Shown piece after piece: positions 56,165-64,000 of a DNA stretch of 64,000 bases. The position numbers and the translations under genes were made by a program. The stretch lies in assembly GCA_963724875.1 (NCBI GenBank), contig CAVRWN010000009.1, positions 73,396 to 137,395 of the forward strand. Direction: 5' to 3'. The number at the start of each line of letters is the position of its first letter. Within the stretch, counting starts at the first letter, position 1. Under the pieces are notes generated by a model that was not told the origin of the DNA, made no database searches, and was given only the letters and a program-made list of their open reading frames with translations. Origin of the DNA: an uncultured Acidobacteriaceae bacterium (lineage in GTDB: Bacteria; Acidobacteriota; Terriglobia; Terriglobales; Acidobacteriaceae).

Positions 56165-56791
56165 TTACGCCTTTGCCTTGGCCTTCAGTTTGACGTGCCC
56201 GTCGGTGAGTTCGACGGAGAATTCGACGTCCTGGCAGCCGTACTGCTTGCGGATTTCTGAGGTCTTCTTCTTCACAAAGGTGTTGAAGGAGTCGAGGTTG
56301 CCGGAGACATTTTCTCCCGCCTTCTTCTTGGCCGCCACTAGAGTGTTGTAGAGGCGCTCCACCTGTTCGTGCTCGCCCTGGTCTACGTTGTGCAGCGTGA
56401 AGGGCTGCGAGGTAGTTCCTGCCGCTGCCGCGGCGGCATGGCTCAGGCCGTAGACCGGGTTGTGGTGGGGCTTGTGCTCTTCAACTTCCGGGCGAACTCC
56501 CTGGACAGCCAGCAGCGCATCCTGCGGGCGGCGGTAGCCCTCTTCGCGGATGCGGGACTTCTTGCGCCACAGATCGCTGTAGATGGCGTAGCGCTGGGCC
56601 ATTTCGTTGTAGCGGAAGCGCTGGGAGAAGCTCATGCGTCCGCCGTCGGAAAATTTGCGCAGCAGGGAGAGCACCTTCCACTCAACGTCGGTGGGCGGCC
56701 GTTTGGTCGGATTGCTGAAGTAGACCTCGTACTCGATCTTCAGCCGGCGCAGCTGGGTCTCGAGCAGGTTCAGTTCTTCATCAGTGGTCAC
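56165..56791 (-). CDS. Conserved hypothetical protein (possibly of a family I recall from Myxococcota and Acidobacteriota)
   Basis: LLETQLRRLKIEYEVYFSNPTKRPPTDVEWKV...RFRYNEMAQRY. The family assignment is from memory only. Confidence 0.6.
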   Translation of the reverse strand: MTTDEELNLLETQLRRLKIEYEVYFSNPTKRPPTDVEWKVLSLLRKFSDGGRMSFSQRFRYNEMAQRYAIYSDLWRKKSRIREEGYRRPQDALLAVQGVRPEVEEHKPHHNPVYGLSHAAAAAAGTTSQPFTLHNVDQGEHEQVERLYNTLVAAKKKAGENVSGNLDSFNTFVKKKTSEIRKQYGCQDVEFSVELTDGHVKLKAKAKA

Positions 56792-56972
56792 TCAGGGGTC
56801 TCCCAGTCAACAGTGTAGTGAGAAGGCGTGGCGGGGGCGAGGTGCCCGGCGGTCACCGAGGTCATGGTACGAAAGTAAGGGTCGTCAGCTATCAGCTTTC
56901 AGCCAGACGGGTTCGCTTCAAGGTCGTTAAATGAAGGGAGTTTTACAACAGTTCTGTTGTGGTCCTGGGTTT

Positions 56973-56999
56973 GAGCTGATTACTGAGAGCTGAGAGCTA
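56973..56999 (-). repeat. Heptad short tandem repeat (CTGAGAG type)
   Basis: GAGCTGATTACTGAGAGCTGAGAGCTA lies 5 nt downstream of the XRE gene stop. A second block, GTCAGCTATCAGCTTTCAGCC, is at 56884-56904. Confidence 0.7.
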
Positions 57000-57004
57000 A
57001 CGGC

Positions 57005-57409
57005 TTACTTCGAGGAATTCGACGCCATCTTCTTGACCATGGCGAGGACCAGCTTGCGGTCGCTGTCATTCAGGCTGACGGCATAGCGGCGGACCTGGCT
57101 CAGGAAGCGGACTTCGTCGTCGGAGAGCTGTGGCAACCCCTTGGAGCCGTTGCTATGGCCGGATTCGGAGAAGAACTGCGAAAGCGCGATCTCCATGGCT
57201 CCGGCAATTTTTGAGAGCGTGTCGAGCGAAGGAATTGTATGGCCGTTCTCCACGCGCGACAGGTAGCAGCGCAGCAGGCCGGTCCGCTTCTCGATGTCTC
57301 CCTGAGACATGCCCTTCTGCAGCCGGTAGTTTCGGATGGTCTCGCCGATGTTGATCTGGGGGAGCATTGCAGGATGCGACATAGTAACCAGATCGGGATT
57401 TTCTGGCAA
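57005..57409 (-). CDS. XRE-family helix-turn-helix transcriptional regulator
   Basis: IGETIRNYRLQKGMSQGDIEKRTGLLRCYLSRVENGHTIPSLDTLSKIAGAM is a Cro/C1-type HTH. Confidence 0.82.
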   Translation of the reverse strand: MPENPDLVTMSHPAMLPQINIGETIRNYRLQKGMSQGDIEKRTGLLRCYLSRVENGHTIPSLDTLSKIAGAMEIALSQFFSESGHSNGSKGLPQLSDDEVRFLSQVRRYAVSLNDSDRKLVLAMVKKMASNSSK

Positions 57410-57548
57410 GTGGAAATTAGTGCCATAGGCAAACCACTTTTTTCCTACGACTTGACATTACCGTGCATGCGTATGCTTAAACGCTGTGCAAGAAATGATT
57501 CGCCGGAACCGGCGTGGTGCGGGGTTTTCCACGGGGCACGGCCGCAAG

Positions 57549-58304
57549 CTAATCCTTCAAAGTTTCCGCGAAGAAGGTGACGGTGCGCTTCCAAGCGTCG
57601 GCGGCGTCATCGGGACGATAACCGGTTTTGTTGTTCGGATTTTCGAAAGCGTGGCCGGCATCATCGTAGATCTTGACGTCGATCTTTTTGCCCAGCTGTT
57701 TCATGGTTGCTTCGAACTTGTGCACGTCATCGGGCGTGATGCCGTGATCCTGGCCGCCGAACAGGCCGAGAATGGGAGCGTTGATTTTCCTGATCGCGTC
57801 GGGGTCAGTGGCCAGATGGCCGTAGTTGATGACATCGGCCGCGAGCGTTGGCTCCTGCAGGGCCACATCGAGCGAGTAGCCTCCGCCCATGCACCAGCCG
57901 ATGGAGCCGATGCGGCCTTTTCTGACGTTAGGCTGTGACTGGAGAAATTCGAAAGCCGCGTGCAGGTCTCGCTTGGCGCGGTCTTCCGGAACTCCGCGCA
58001 TGATTTCATGGGCCATGTCGGGAGTGGTGGCAACCTTGCCGCGATATAAATCAATGGCAAGAGTTACATAGCCCTGGTCGGCGAGTTTCGAAGCTTGATC
58101 TTTGACCCAGTCGTTCAAGCCCCAGTACTCGTGGATGACAATTATGGCGGGGAATGGTCCCTTGCCGGCAGGAGTGTAGAGCACGGCTTGCACGGTTTCG
58201 TCGCCGCTTTTGTAGGAAACCGACTTGCTGTCGGCTGCAAAGGCGGAAATCGCAAGCAGGCAAACAATCCAAAAGAAGCGGAACTTCTTCATGATCTTAA
58301 TCAT
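57549..58304 (-). CDS. Secreted dienelactone hydrolase family protein
   Basis: PAIIVIHEYWGLNDW, the nucleophile elbow GSIGWCMGG and a C-terminal DAGHAF. Signal peptide present. Confidence 0.85.
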   Translation of the reverse strand: MIKIMKKFRFFWIVCLLAISAFAADSKSVSYKSGDETVQAVLYTPAGKGPFPAIIVIHEYWGLNDWVKDQASKLADQGYVTLAIDLYRGKVATTPDMAHEIMRGVPEDRAKRDLHAAFEFLQSQPNVRKGRIGSIGWCMGGGYSLDVALQEPTLAADVINYGHLATDPDAIRKINAPILGLFGGQDHGITPDDVHKFEATMKQLGKKIDVKIYDDAGHAFENPNNKTGYRPDDAADAWKRTVTFFAETLKD

Positions 58305-58321
58305 GATCCCGGCCTCCGAAA

Positions 58322-58852
58322 TTACAACTCCAGCTCCATGTACATCGCTCCCGCAATCGGGTTCGGTCGGTAGGGAGCGATCCCTTTGAACCCAAGCTTA
58401 CGATACATTGCGACTGCATCTTTCATTACAGGCTCGACCGTGTCAAGACGCATGCGCTGGAACCCGATCTGGCGTGCCTCAGCGATGATGCGCTCGGCCA
58501 GCGCGCGTCCCAGTCCCTTGCCGCGGAACTGGGGACGCAAGTAGAGGCGCTTCATTTCGCAGATGCGTGGTTCCAACTTATGGAGCGCGACGCAGGCTGC
58601 GAGTTGACCTTCGCATTCTGCGAGCAACAGGCGGCCTTCGGGCGGAGCGTAGTCTCCGGGAAGCTCGGCGAGTTCTTTTTCGAAATTCTGAAAACAGAGG
58701 CTGAAGCCGAGGGATTGCGCGTACTCCAGAAATAATTCGCGGGCTTGGGAGATCTGGGCGGGCGATTCGGCTTGCGAAATCGAAAGGCTTTTCACCGCCG
58801 AGGACGCCGAGGGGATCACGGCTCCTTGCGCTCGCTCGAAATCAATCTTCAT
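58322..58852 (-). CDS. GNAT family N-acetyltransferase
   Basis: RPQFRGKGLGRALAERII is motif A. 176 aa. Confidence 0.85.
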   Translation of the reverse strand: MKIDFERAQGAVIPSASSAVKSLSISQAESPAQISQARELFLEYAQSLGFSLCFQNFEKELAELPGDYAPPEGRLLLAECEGQLAACVALHKLEPRICEMKRLYLRPQFRGKGLGRALAERIIAEARQIGFQRMRLDTVEPVMKDAVAMYRKLGFKGIAPYRPNPIAGAMYMELEL

Positions 58853-58894
58853 TTTTCTCCGCGCCCTCGGCGTACTCGGCGGTGAAATCTCTTT

Positions 58895-59638
58895 CTATCC
58901 CATCAGCATGCCGCCGTTCACATTCAGCACATGGCCGGTGATGTAAGAAGCTTCATCCGACGCGAGGAAGGCGACCGCACTGGCCACATCGGCGGGCGAC
59001 CCCACGCGCCCGAGGGGAATCTGCTTAGCGGCGTTCTGCTTGAACTCATCGCCTAGCACCTCGGTCATAGGGGTTTCGATGAAGCCCGGGGCGACGGCGT
59101 TGCAAGTAATGTTGCGCGATCCTAATTCCCGGGCGACGGCCATGGTCAGGCCGATGAGCCCGGCTTTCGACGCGGAGTAGTTAGCCTGCCCCGCCTGCCC
59201 CATCTGTCCGAAGACGCTGGTGATGTTGATGATGCGTCCGCAGCGCTGCTTGAGCATGGAGCTGGTGACCTGCTGGATGCAGAGATACGCCGAGGTAAGA
59301 TTGGTTTGCAGGACGGCGTCCCAGTCAGCGCGTTTCATGCGCATGACGAGCTGGTCGCGGGTGATGCCGGCGTTGTTGACCAGGATGTCGATCTTGCCGA
59401 ATTGCGCGATGGCGGCCTTAATCGCCGACTTGATCTGTTCTTCGTCGGTGACGTCGAGGGCAAAGGCTGCGGCTCGGCCGCCTGCGGTAGTGATCTCCTT
59501 GACCAGTTCGTTCAGCTTCTCCAGATTACGCGCCGCGACAGCAACGACCGCGCCTGTGGTGGCGAGCTTTACTGCGCAGGCCCGTCCAATGCCCTGCGAT
59601 GCTCCGGTGACGAACGCTATGCGTCCGGAAAGCGACAT
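58895..59638 (-). CDS. fabG: 3-oxoacyl-[acyl-carrier-protein] reductase (SDR)
   Basis: VTGASQGIGRA, NNAGI, YSASKAG and NAVAPGFIETPMT. 247 aa. Confidence 0.88.
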   Translation of the reverse strand: MSLSGRIAFVTGASQGIGRACAVKLATTGAVVAVAARNLEKLNELVKEITTAGGRAAAFALDVTDEEQIKSAIKAAIAQFGKIDILVNNAGITRDQLVMRMKRADWDAVLQTNLTSAYLCIQQVTSSMLKQRCGRIINITSVFGQMGQAGQANYSASKAGLIGLTMAVARELGSRNITCNAVAPGFIETPMTEVLGDEFKQNAAKQIPLGRVGSPADVASAVAFLASDEASYITGHVLNVNGGMLMG

Positions 59639-59783
59639 TTAGGGTTTCTCCCGATGGTTGGAGGAGTCTTTGTTTAGTGCTCAGTCTTCGTTGGAACGTG
59701 AAATTATACGCGCAAGGGCGAAGATCAACCTTAACTAGCGGATTGCGCAATGTTCGTCCGCCTATTAACATTCAAACACTCCC

Positions 59784-61472
59784 ATGCCTCAGACTGTAGC
59801 CAATGAAGTGATCGCCATGCCCGAGTCTTCCAATAACAATTCATCTGCGTCCGATTCGGTTTCGGCCGGCGCAGGGCACCGATCACCGCTGCGATCGTCG
59901 GTCGGGGAAGGCCCCGCCGCCCCGGAAAAGCCGCATGCCGACTCGCCTTCCACCGAAGTCTTCGCGGTTTATGGCGTCGAGCCAGAGATTCAGGCCTACG
60001 CTATGGCGAAGTATTCGCGGTCGGCGCTGTCGATGAAAGAGTCGCTGCGCGAGATCAGCGCGCAAAAGGCGGAGAAGTTTCTCAATACATTCTACTTTCA
60101 ATACGGCCACCGCTCGATCGCCGACCTGGCGCACATTGCGCTGGCCGTCGAGAGGCTCTCGATTCTGGCGGCGATCGAACTGGCCGACGAGCAGCGCTGG
60201 GACGGGCAGGAGCGCTCGACCCGCTATCAGGACTTCAAGAAGAGTGGCTATTACACGCCTGATTTTGGGGCTGACGACGAAGCCCGCACGCTCTATCGCG
60301 AGACGCTTGATTTTCTTTTCTCCGAGTACCAGGCGCTCTCGGCGCACATGACGCAGCACCTGATCAGCATCACTCCCAAGCCGGCCGAGATGAAGCAGGA
60401 AGCTTACGAGCGCACACTGAAAGCGCGGGCTTTCGACATCACACGCTACCTGCTGCCGCTGGCCACCAATACTTCGCTGGGAGAGATCGTCAACGCGCGG
60501 ACTCTTGAAACCCAGGTTGCTCATCTGCTTTCGCACTCGCACCAAGAGGTGCGGGTTCTGGGTGAATCGCTGAAGAAGGCGGCGACGTCGGCGGCTTACA
60601 ACGTGAATGCCGAATCGTTGCGCGGGTTGGTGGACGAGATTCGGAGGGTCAGTCCCGAGCTCGGCGCGCGGGCTGAGCAGGAATTGCTGCGCGAGGTTCG
60701 AGTCGCGCCCACGCTGGTGAAATATGCGGACCCGAATCCGTATGAGATGGAAACCCGCCGCGAACTGCGGCAGGTGGTGCGCGAACTGATGAAGAGCGAG
60801 CCGCTTGCGCCCTCGAAAGCGATCGTCGATCTGCTCGATGAAGAGCCACTCGAAGTTGAGATCGCGACCACTCTGCTCTACGAGCATTGTCACCACTCTT
60901 ATCGGCAGGTCCGGCAGGCGCTGCAGGTCTCAGGCGAGAGATTCCGGCGCGAGATCATCGATCTGGGCCTGCGGCATCGCGGCAAGCACGACGAAATGCT
61001 GCGGGGTTTCCGCGCCGGGCAACAGTTCCGCTTCGACATCCTCATGGATACCGGCGGCTTCCGCGATATGCACCGTCACCGCCGCTGCATCCAGGTGATG
61101 CAGGCCTTCACCACGCAGCACGGCTACGAGATGCTGCTCGATGTGGAGGACGCCGGCATGCGTTCTCGCTTCGATGCCGCCATGCGGCGCACGCAAGCGG
61201 CGGTCGAGAAGCTTGCCGCGCGCAACGCTCCCGAAGCGGACGAGAATTCGCAGTACGCGATTCCGCTGGCCTATCGCAAGCGCGCTCTGTTCAAGATGGA
61301 CTTCGCCGAGGCGGTGTACATCTCCGAGCTGCGCACCACGCCGGCGGGCCATGTTTCTTACCGCAACGTAGCCTACGCGATGTATGAGGCCGTGGCGCGG
61401 AAATATCCGGCGCTGGCTAGGTATTTTCGCGTGCACGATGTGACGGCGCCCGTGGATTTGCTGCAGAGGTAG
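59784..61472 (+). CDS. thyX: Long-form (tandem, pseudo-dimeric) FAD-dependent thymidylate synthase ThyX-like protein
   Basis: The first half has YGHRSIADLAH and ERSTRY. The second half has DMHRHRR, which is RHR-motif-like. 562 aa versus about 230 aa for a canonical ThyX. Confidence 0.75.
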   Translation: MPQTVANEVIAMPESSNNNSSASDSVSAGAGHRSPLRSSVGEGPAAPEKPHADSPSTEVFAVYGVEPEIQAYAMAKYSRSALSMKESLREISAQKAEKFLNTFYFQYGHRSIADLAHIALAVERLSILAAIELADEQRWDGQERSTRYQDFKKSGYYTPDFGADDEARTLYRETLDFLFSEYQALSAHMTQHLISITPKPAEMKQEAYERTLKARAFDITRYLLPLATNTSLGEIVNARTLETQVAHLLSHSHQEVRVLGESLKKAATSAAYNVNAESLRGLVDEIRRVSPELGARAEQELLREVRVAPTLVKYADPNPYEMETRRELRQVVRELMKSEPLAPSKAIVDLLDEEPLEVEIATTLLYEHCHHSYRQVRQALQVSGERFRREIIDLGLRHRGKHDEMLRGFRAGQQFRFDILMDTGGFRDMHRHRRCIQVMQAFTTQHGYEMLLDVEDAGMRSRFDAAMRRTQAAVEKLAARNAPEADENSQYAIPLAYRKRALFKMDFAEAVYISELRTTPAGHVSYRNVAYAMYEAVARKYPALARYFRVHDVTAPVDLLQR

Positions 61473-61549
61473 GTTTAGAAGGAGAAGTAAAAGCAGCGAC
61501 CGTTAACTACAGTCGCGTCCATCTTGCCGGCAGCGCCATAATTGGGATC

Positions 61550-61750
61550 GTGATTGCCTTGGGGCCAACGGTCCTGATTTACAAAGTCGCGACCATAAAA
61601 CTAGCAGCGGTTATTTTTTTCTTCCCCGCGACAATCCTAGCGGCGTGGCTCGTTCTCTGGACTCGGAAACGATCCGTTAAGGAACACGCTGACTCGGTAC
61701 GCAGCGGCACCAAGTTGGTCGTCCACCCGTGGGGTAATAGGTCTTTGTAG
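61550..61750 (+). CDS. Candidate small two-TM membrane protein
   Basis: GTG start. IALGPTVLIYKVATIKLAAVIFFFPATILAAWLVLW. No homology evidence and lower GC. Confidence 0.25.
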   Translation: MIALGPTVLIYKVATIKLAAVIFFFPATILAAWLVLWTRKRSVKEHADSVRSGTKLVVHPWGNRSL

Positions 61751-61767
61751 CAATCTCTAGATTTATC

Positions 61768-61796
61768 TTGATCCTACCAGCCCGTGCAGCTAAAAT
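61768..61796 (+). promoter_or_regulatory. Sigma-70-type promoter candidate for the antitoxin-toxin operon
   Basis: TTGATC, a 17-nt spacer, then TAAAAT. AAGAGG lies 6 nt before the ATG at 61814. Confidence 0.5.
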
Positions 61797-61813
61797 CTGA
61801 CCAAGAGGCACCT

Positions 61814-62044
61814 ATGCCGCGTTCCGTCAAAATCGCCCCGGAAATTGATGCCAAGCTCTATCAGGAGCTCGTCTCCGTGGCCAAGGAGAACGGACAATCG
61901 CAGCGGTTTGTGCTGGAGCGGGCGCTGGAGCATTACCTGCACAATGTGGTCCCTTCGCAGCGCATGGTAAGGCCTGAGGTGATGGCCGCCTATCGACGCT
62001 CCAACGAAAAGTATCGTGAGTTGTACAAGAAACTGGCCAAGTAA
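61814..62044 (+). CDS. Ribbon-helix-helix (CopG/Phd-role) antitoxin
   Basis: MPRSVKIAPEIDAKLYQELVSVAKENGQSQRFVLERALEHYL is an RHH pattern. Its stop TAA directly abuts the toxin ATG (TAAATG). Confidence 0.7.
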   Translation: MPRSVKIAPEIDAKLYQELVSVAKENGQSQRFVLERALEHYLHNVVPSQRMVRPEVMAAYRRSNEKYRELYKKLAK

Positions 62045-62431
62045 ATGGCCGAGCGCGTCTATCTGACGGTGGCTGAAGTCATCGCCATCCACCATCACCA
62101 GGTCGAGGAATACGGCGGCGCGCACGGCCTGCGCGATCAAGGGGCGTTGGAAGCCGCAGTCTTCCGTCCGCAGACGGGCTATTACAACGACATTGGCGAA
62201 GAAGCAGCCGCGCTATTGGAGTCGCTGGTCAATAATCACGCCTTCGTGGACGGCAACAAACGCGTCGGTTTCGCCGCGATGCACACGTTTCTCCTGGTGA
62301 ATGGATGCGATCTGGATGTGAGCGGCAACGCCGCTTATGAGTTCATGATGAAAGCGATGGCCGAAGGCAAGTTCCGCTTCGGTCTGATACATGAGTGGAT
62401 CGCAGCGCACCTTGTGCCGAATGCCGTGTAG
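62045..62431 (+). CDS. doc: Doc (death-on-curing) Fic-family toxin
   Basis: Fic/Doc motif HAFVDGNKRVG. N-terminus YLTVAEVIAIHHHQVEEYGG. 128 aa. Confidence 0.88.
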   Translation: MAERVYLTVAEVIAIHHHQVEEYGGAHGLRDQGALEAAVFRPQTGYYNDIGEEAAALLESLVNNHAFVDGNKRVGFAAMHTFLLVNGCDLDVSGNAAYEFMMKAMAEGKFRFGLIHEWIAAHLVPNAV

Positions 62432-62496
62432 TCGAGTGACCGGGGCGCAGTGTGCTCGGCTCGCTGTTTCTTTTCGCTTCGGCTATGATCTGAGCC

Positions 62497-63183
62497 TTGC
62501 CCACTGAAACCAAGCCGGCGCCTCTCTTGCTTGTGCTGTCGCTGGCACTCTCCACGTTCGGTCCGGCGTTGCCGAGCGCGTCGTGGGGCGGCGGTGAGCC
62601 CCCCGGGTCCAGTGTTCAGGGTAAGTTCTCAGCGGACGACTTCGACTGGCGCGCGATGATTCCCTATCTTTCCGCCGCCGCCGCACTTCCACCGGAGCAA
62701 GGCGTCGAGACGGTGCTGCAAAACTCCGGAGTGCTTCGCGCCTATGTCGCGCAGCAGGTTCGGACGGAATGCACGCTTGATAAGAGGCTATGCGTCGCAA
62801 ATGACGTGCTTACTCTGCAGGAGGAAGTGAGCAAGAGGATTGACGGGATCATACGGGAAGGGATGGTCCATCAGCACAAGAGCGACGTAGTGGATTGCCC
62901 CCTGACGCAGCCCTTTCCTTTCTCTGAGATTTCAGTTCTAAGAAGTGAGAAACAACAGGACGCTTACCTCGTTCTGCAACTTGCCGGTCGCAACTATACC
63001 GTGGCGCAGGTAGAGGCCAAGTACGGCTCCCCGTATGACACCGACATTTTTCAGCAGCACAGCGTTTTCAAATACCGCCAGGACAGCCCGCGTTACACCA
63101 GCCGGGCAGTGTTTGAGATTGATCCCGTGGATGGCGCGGTGATGAAGATAGCGATCAGCTTGAAAGCCAGGAAGCATCACTAG
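62497..63183 (+). CDS. Exported hypothetical protein
   Basis: TTG start with a signal-like PAPLLLVLSLALSTFGPALPSASWG. No recognised motif. Confidence 0.5.
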   Translation: MPTETKPAPLLLVLSLALSTFGPALPSASWGGGEPPGSSVQGKFSADDFDWRAMIPYLSAAAALPPEQGVETVLQNSGVLRAYVAQQVRTECTLDKRLCVANDVLTLQEEVSKRIDGIIREGMVHQHKSDVVDCPLTQPFPFSEISVLRSEKQQDAYLVLQLAGRNYTVAQVEAKYGSPYDTDIFQQHSVFKYRQDSPRYTSRAVFEIDPVDGAVMKIAISLKARKHH

Positions 63184-63326
63184 CCTTCAGCCCTGAGCCA
63201 TTTTGGGAAGCTTTTTCGCCAACATATTTTACTTTCGCCTTTGTTTCGCTTCAGTCTGTGTGTATAATCCGGCCAGATTAGTTTCTGCACCATAGTTCGG
63301 CGATCTTGAATAAGGAGCCACACTCC

Positions 63327-64000
63327 CATGGCGGATGAACGGGGCAAGGCAATTGAGTTGGCGGTCTCACAGATTGAAAAGCAGTTTGGCAAAGGTTCGA
63401 TCATGCGGCTGGGGTCGAAAGAAGCGATCGTCCCCATCGCCGTGATCTCGACCGGAGCGATCTCGTTTGATGCGGCGCTGGGTGTGGGTGGCTTTCCCCG
63501 CGGGCGCGTGGTAGAAGTCTTCGGCCCGGAGTCTTCCGGAAAAACCACCATCACCCTGCAAGTGATTGCCGAAGCTCAGAAGACCGGCGGTATGGCTGCG
63601 TTCGTCGACGCCGAGCACGCGCTCGATCCCGGCTACGCCAAGAAGTTGGGCGTCGACGTGGACAACCTGCTGGTCTCGCAACCGGACTACGGCGAGCAGG
63701 CGCTCGAAATCACGGAAGCCTTGGTGCGCTCGAACGCCATTGACGTGCTGGTGGTTGATTCCGTAGCGGCGCTGGTGCCCAAGGCCGAACTCGACGGCGA
63801 AATGGGAGACAGCCACATGGGTCTGCAGGCGCGGCTCATGTCGCAGGCGCTGCGCAAGCTGACGGGAACGGTTTCCAAGTCGCGCACCTGTTTGATCTTT
63901 ATTAACCAGATCCGCGAAAAGATTGGGGTGATGTTTGGCAATCCGGAAACCACGACAGGCGGCCGGGCGCTGAAGTTTTATTCGTCGGTGCGCGTGGATA
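63327..64000 (+). CDS. recA: Recombinase A, N-terminal ~224 codons; gene continues beyond the right edge
   Basis: Absent from the ORF track because there is no stop in the window. Translates to [29 protein letters not shown]...[16 protein letters not shown]...FVDAEHALD...LVVDSVAAL. Confidence 0.95.

Noticed and set aside
1-64000. Search for tRNA, rRNA, CRISPR arrays, integrase/att sites, reverse transcriptase (retron, DGR) or restriction-modification genes.
   Set aside because: I recognised none by eye on either strand. There are no regularly spaced 25-40 nt repeats and no T-loop GTTCGAATC-type motif outside coding sequence. A dedicated scan (tRNAscan, Rfam, a CRISPR finder) could still find something I missed.

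Overview
Clearly GC-rich bacterial chromosomal segment. It is probably from an Acidobacteriota (Terriglobia-like) genome; that call is an unverified inference from gene content and from the intergenic repeats of the GTCATCC...GAAGGATC type. I call about 60 densely packed protein-coding genes on both strands. I saw no rRNA, tRNA or CRISPR array.

Left to right:
- MdtABC-like RND efflux operon (adaptor plus two RND permeases, the second running off the left edge).
- leuC-leuD.
- Envelope glycosylation cluster: GT2, a 2OG-Fe(II) oxygenase and two polytopic GT-C-like membrane proteins.
- MacB/FtsX permease, an amidohydrolase, an orphan GvpL/GvpF homolog and an M28 peptidase.
- Frameshifted membrane-bound spermidine-synthase-like gene.
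- Predicted papain-like peptidase.
- TPR-GT9 / GT-A / small acidic protein operon.
- Secreted GH1 beta-glucosidase.
- REP-flanked RAYT (IS200-like Y1 transposase), then gatB.
- LPS inner-core cluster: waaA, lpxK, split hldA/hldC, heptosyltransferase.
- 1060-aa multi-PAS sigma-54 activator, an OmpA-like protein and an M20 peptidase.
- dGTPase, GNATs, TPR proteins, purH, an M1 aminopeptidase, an XRE regulator, a dienelactone hydrolase, fabG and a long tandem ThyX.
- RHH-Doc toxin-antitoxin pair and the 5-prime part of recA.

I did not find a clear multi-gene system of a recognisable new kind. The most unusual signals are non-coding:
1. A ~110-150 nt hairpin element inserted inside operons, always in the sense orientation.
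2. A family of 7-nt-phased short tandem repeats sitting right after stop codons.
3. A REP/RAYT module.
4. A 44-nt hairpin repeat bracketing the frameshifted gene.
5. An AT-rich 430-bp spacer with iterated AATATTTT motifs.

All functional calls come from reading the translated ORFs against remembered family motifs. No database search was run.
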